A stretch of 59,978 nt of DNA from a virus (lineage: Duplodnaviria > Caudoviricetes): positions 1 through 59,978 of IMG/VR virus record IMGVR_UViG_3300036781_000826. One strand, written 5' to 3'. The notes beneath the pieces are model-generated. The model was given only the letters and a program-made list of their open reading frames with translations. It made no database searches and was not told the DNA's origin. A program made the position numbers and the translations under genes. This document shows, piece after piece, positions 57,938 through 59,978 of this stretch (positions are counted from its first letter, which is position 1; the number at the start of each line of letters is the position of its first letter).

Positions 57938-58782
57938 GCCTGTCCAACGCCGACCTGGCGGTGCTGGTGTTGATCGCAGGCGACGCCGATGTGATCGATG
58001 GCCAGCCTGGCGTCAGCTCCGGCGGCAACCCCGTGATGCCGCCGACCGGCGATCCAGCGATCAGCTACCTGACGGCCGCCCACTTCGAACCCCTGGCCCA
58101 GATCCGGGCCAACGACCTGTTCGCGGTGGACGCCGACAACCAGTACTACGGCCTGGTCTGCCGGTGCACGGCCGCGGTCGGGGCCCTGATGCCCGGAGAC
58201 ACCCTGATCGCCATCAGGGGCACGCTGAGCGCCATGGAGTGGCTGAACAACCTGGGGGCCATCTTTCCCGTGGCAAATCCCGAGGGCTTCGGCGGCAGCG
58301 TCGGCGGCGGCTTCCTGGGCGTGTTCGACAGCATGACGCTCTCGGACATGAGCGGCAAGCACATCGCAGGGAACTTCTGGGCGAACCTCGTCGGGCTCGC
58401 CAAGGGGTCAACGCGGCTGTTCCTGGTGGGCCACAGCCTCGGAGCGGCCTTGGCTGGGCTCATGGCCCCTCGGCTGCAACAGGCGCTCCTGGGCGTCCCC
58501 TGCGAGCTGATCCCGGCGTTCTTCGCACAGCCCAATATCGGGGCGTTCGGTTTTGGCGAAGGATTTCTGAAGTCGGTCCCGGCGTTCCATGCTGTGGCCT
58601 TCGAGGCAGACGTAGTGCCCCAAGTCCCCGGCTTCCCGTTCGAGCGCCTGAAGGCCGGCGGCCCGACCCAGAACGTGATCGCGCTGCCGAGGGGAGGGCC
58701 GGGCGCTCCGCCGGCGCCGGAGTTGGACTTCGTGACCAACCACGACCCCCACACCTATAGCGCGATGCTCCTCGCAACCTGA
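57934..58782 (+). CDS. Class 3 lipase (alpha/beta hydrolase)
   Basis: IAIRGT...EW..N; GHSLG; DVVPQVP; C-terminal H. Confidence 0.88.
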   Translation: MSLSNADLAVLVLIAGDADVIDGQPGVSSGGNPVMPPTGDPAISYLTAAHFEPLAQIRANDLFAVDADNQYYGLVCRCTAAVGALMPGDTLIAIRGTLSAMEWLNNLGAIFPVANPEGFGGSVGGGFLGVFDSMTLSDMSGKHIAGNFWANLVGLAKGSTRLFLVGHSLGAALAGLMAPRLQQALLGVPCELIPAFFAQPNIGAFGFGEGFLKSVPAFHAVAFEADVVPQVPGFPFERLKAGGPTQNVIALPRGGPGAPPAPELDFVTNHDPHTYSAMLLAT

Positions 58783-58812
58783 ACGCCGCCGTCTCTCTCC
58801 AGCGGTGCGTAG

Positions 58813-58850
58813 AGCCCGGTCTGTCCCTTCGCGGGGATGGCCGGGCTTTT
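58813..58850 (+). terminator. Intrinsic terminator ending late operon
   Basis: AGCCCGGTCTGTCCC...GGGATGGCCGGGCT followed by T run. Confidence 0.75.
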
Positions 58851-58857
58851 CTGCGTT

Positions 58858-59550
58858 TCAGGTCTTCGTCTTTTCCTTGGCTGCCTCTAGCGCCGCACTC
58901 ATAGCGGTTTGCGCATGGACAGCCGGAGTCGCCTTGGCTGCCGGCTTGCCCCGCGTGGATTTCGCCAGGCCAGGGGGCCATTGGACCTCGGTGACGTAAT
59001 CGGCGTGCCACTTCAGTTCGGCGGGAGGCTGGCTCTTCTCGCAGTGGATCAGCCGCACCTGCAGGCCCGCGATGCGCGCGTGCTTCATCGCTGGCACGCA
59101 GTCGGTGTCAGCGGTGATCAGCGTCACGCGATCGACAGAGCGCCGCTCCGAGAAGGTTGCCATGTCGAGGCCGATCCGCATGTCGACGCCCTTCTGTTCG
59201 AAGTCTGGCTCGAAGTCGGCGTCTGTGAGAGCCTTGGTCGCCACTGGTATCCGGCGGGGCTTGTAGCCGCGGAACTTGAGAACGCCACGCCGGATCGCAA
59301 ACAGTTCTCGCGTGGCCAGCTCTTTCAGCCATCCATCGTTGGGCAGGAAGACCTTCGCAGCGCCGCTCACGGGCAACTGAACTGTTCCGGAATAGGGTGC
59401 GCAGTCGTAGTAGAGGATCCTGAACAGGTCTTCGTCCCCATGGACGCAGGCGTGGGCCACGGCCTCGATCAGATCATTGGAATAGTGGAGTCCCGCAGCC
59501 ATGGACCTGGCTCGCAGGTGACCTCCGTCGATGAGCACTGCGGTTTTCAT
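58858..59550 (-). CDS. NYN (LabA/DUF88, PIN-like) ribonuclease
   Basis: LIDGG; RILYYDC; EQKGVDMRIGLD; TADTD.VPA.K.AR..G. Confidence 0.92.
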   Translation of the reverse strand: MKTAVLIDGGHLRARSMAAGLHYSNDLIEAVAHACVHGDEDLFRILYYDCAPYSGTVQLPVSGAAKVFLPNDGWLKELATRELFAIRRGVLKFRGYKPRRIPVATKALTDADFEPDFEQKGVDMRIGLDMATFSERRSVDRVTLITADTDCVPAMKHARIAGLQVRLIHCEKSQPPAELKWHADYVTEVQWPPGLAKSTRGKPAAKATPAVHAQTAMSAALEAAKEKTKT

Positions 59551-59580
59551 AGAAAACCCCCCGGTGTTGCCACCGGGGGG
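59551..59580 (-). terminator. Terminator-like hairpin directly before NYN start codon
   Basis: CCCCCCGGTG-GCAA-CACCGGGGGG-TTTTCT-ATG on minus strand. Confidence 0.8.
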
Positions 59581-59624
59581 CTTCAGAAAGGTGCCCGCCT
59601 ACGGGCGTAGCGGATATGAGCCGC
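59551..59624 (-). ncRNA. Candidate structured leader or antitoxin RNA
   Basis: Hairpins GCGG/CCGC and GCCCG/CGGGC plus terminator, downstream of TTGACT (59648-59653). Confidence 0.45.
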
Positions 59625-59678
59625 AGATGTCGTGACCCGCGGCTCGAAGTCAATACGATTCGCCTGGTGAGGGTTCCG

Positions 59679-59978
59679 TTAATTCGTCGCAGAGCCCAGC
59701 CACGGCCCCTTGCTCGCATCCCATCCCGCAGCCTCGGCCGCTTCGATCTGACGGCGCTCTTCCTCCAGGTCCTCGCGCGATGGCGGCCACCGCTTCGACG
59801 GCTTGTACCTCCAGTCCTTCCAAGGGTGCTCACCGAAGACGGCTTTGCTCTCCTCTGGGGTGAACATGCGGTTTGAGGTCTGGGGCTCGGCGAGGGGTCG
59901 GACTTCGCCGTCGCCTACGATCTTGCCGACGATGGGGACGTGGCCGCCGGGGAAGCCGGGGATTTTGGGGTCGCTCAT
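59679..59978 (-). CDS. Hypothetical protein
   Basis: ORF track; ATG at window edge. Confidence 0.5.
   Translation of the reverse strand: MSDPKIPGFPGGHVPIVGKIVGDGEVRPLAEPQTSNRMFTPEESKAVFGEHPWKDWRYKPSKRWPPSREDLEEERRQIEAAEAAGWDASKGPWLGSATN

Overview
The window is one apparently intact, GC-rich temperate siphophage/prophage of an alphaproteobacterial host. Caulobacterales is the likely host, inferred from SciP- and GcrA-like genes. It runs from the integrase (position 1) through a leftward early/recombination arm, a CI/Cro switch with four palindromic operators, a rightward replication arm (helicase-methylase fusion, intein-containing DnaB, replication initiator), HK97-type head genes, a tail region and a lysis/accessory region, ending at an NYN-domain gene. 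No att sites, tRNA, rRNA or CRISPR array were seen. Best leads: (1) an NYN/PIN RNase preceded by a short structured leader and an intrinsic terminator abutting its ATG (type III toxin-antitoxin or attenuator-like layout); (2) a set of host cell-cycle/transcription mimics (SciP-, GcrA-, RNAP alpha-CTD- and possibly GapR-like); (3) signal-peptide, Cys-paired proteins inside the fibre region, next to an RcGTA-type head-spike docking peptide; (4) a minimal class III nucleotide cyclase in the late operon; (5) a class 3 Ala-start intein. All protein assignments come from motif recognition by eye, not from database searches.
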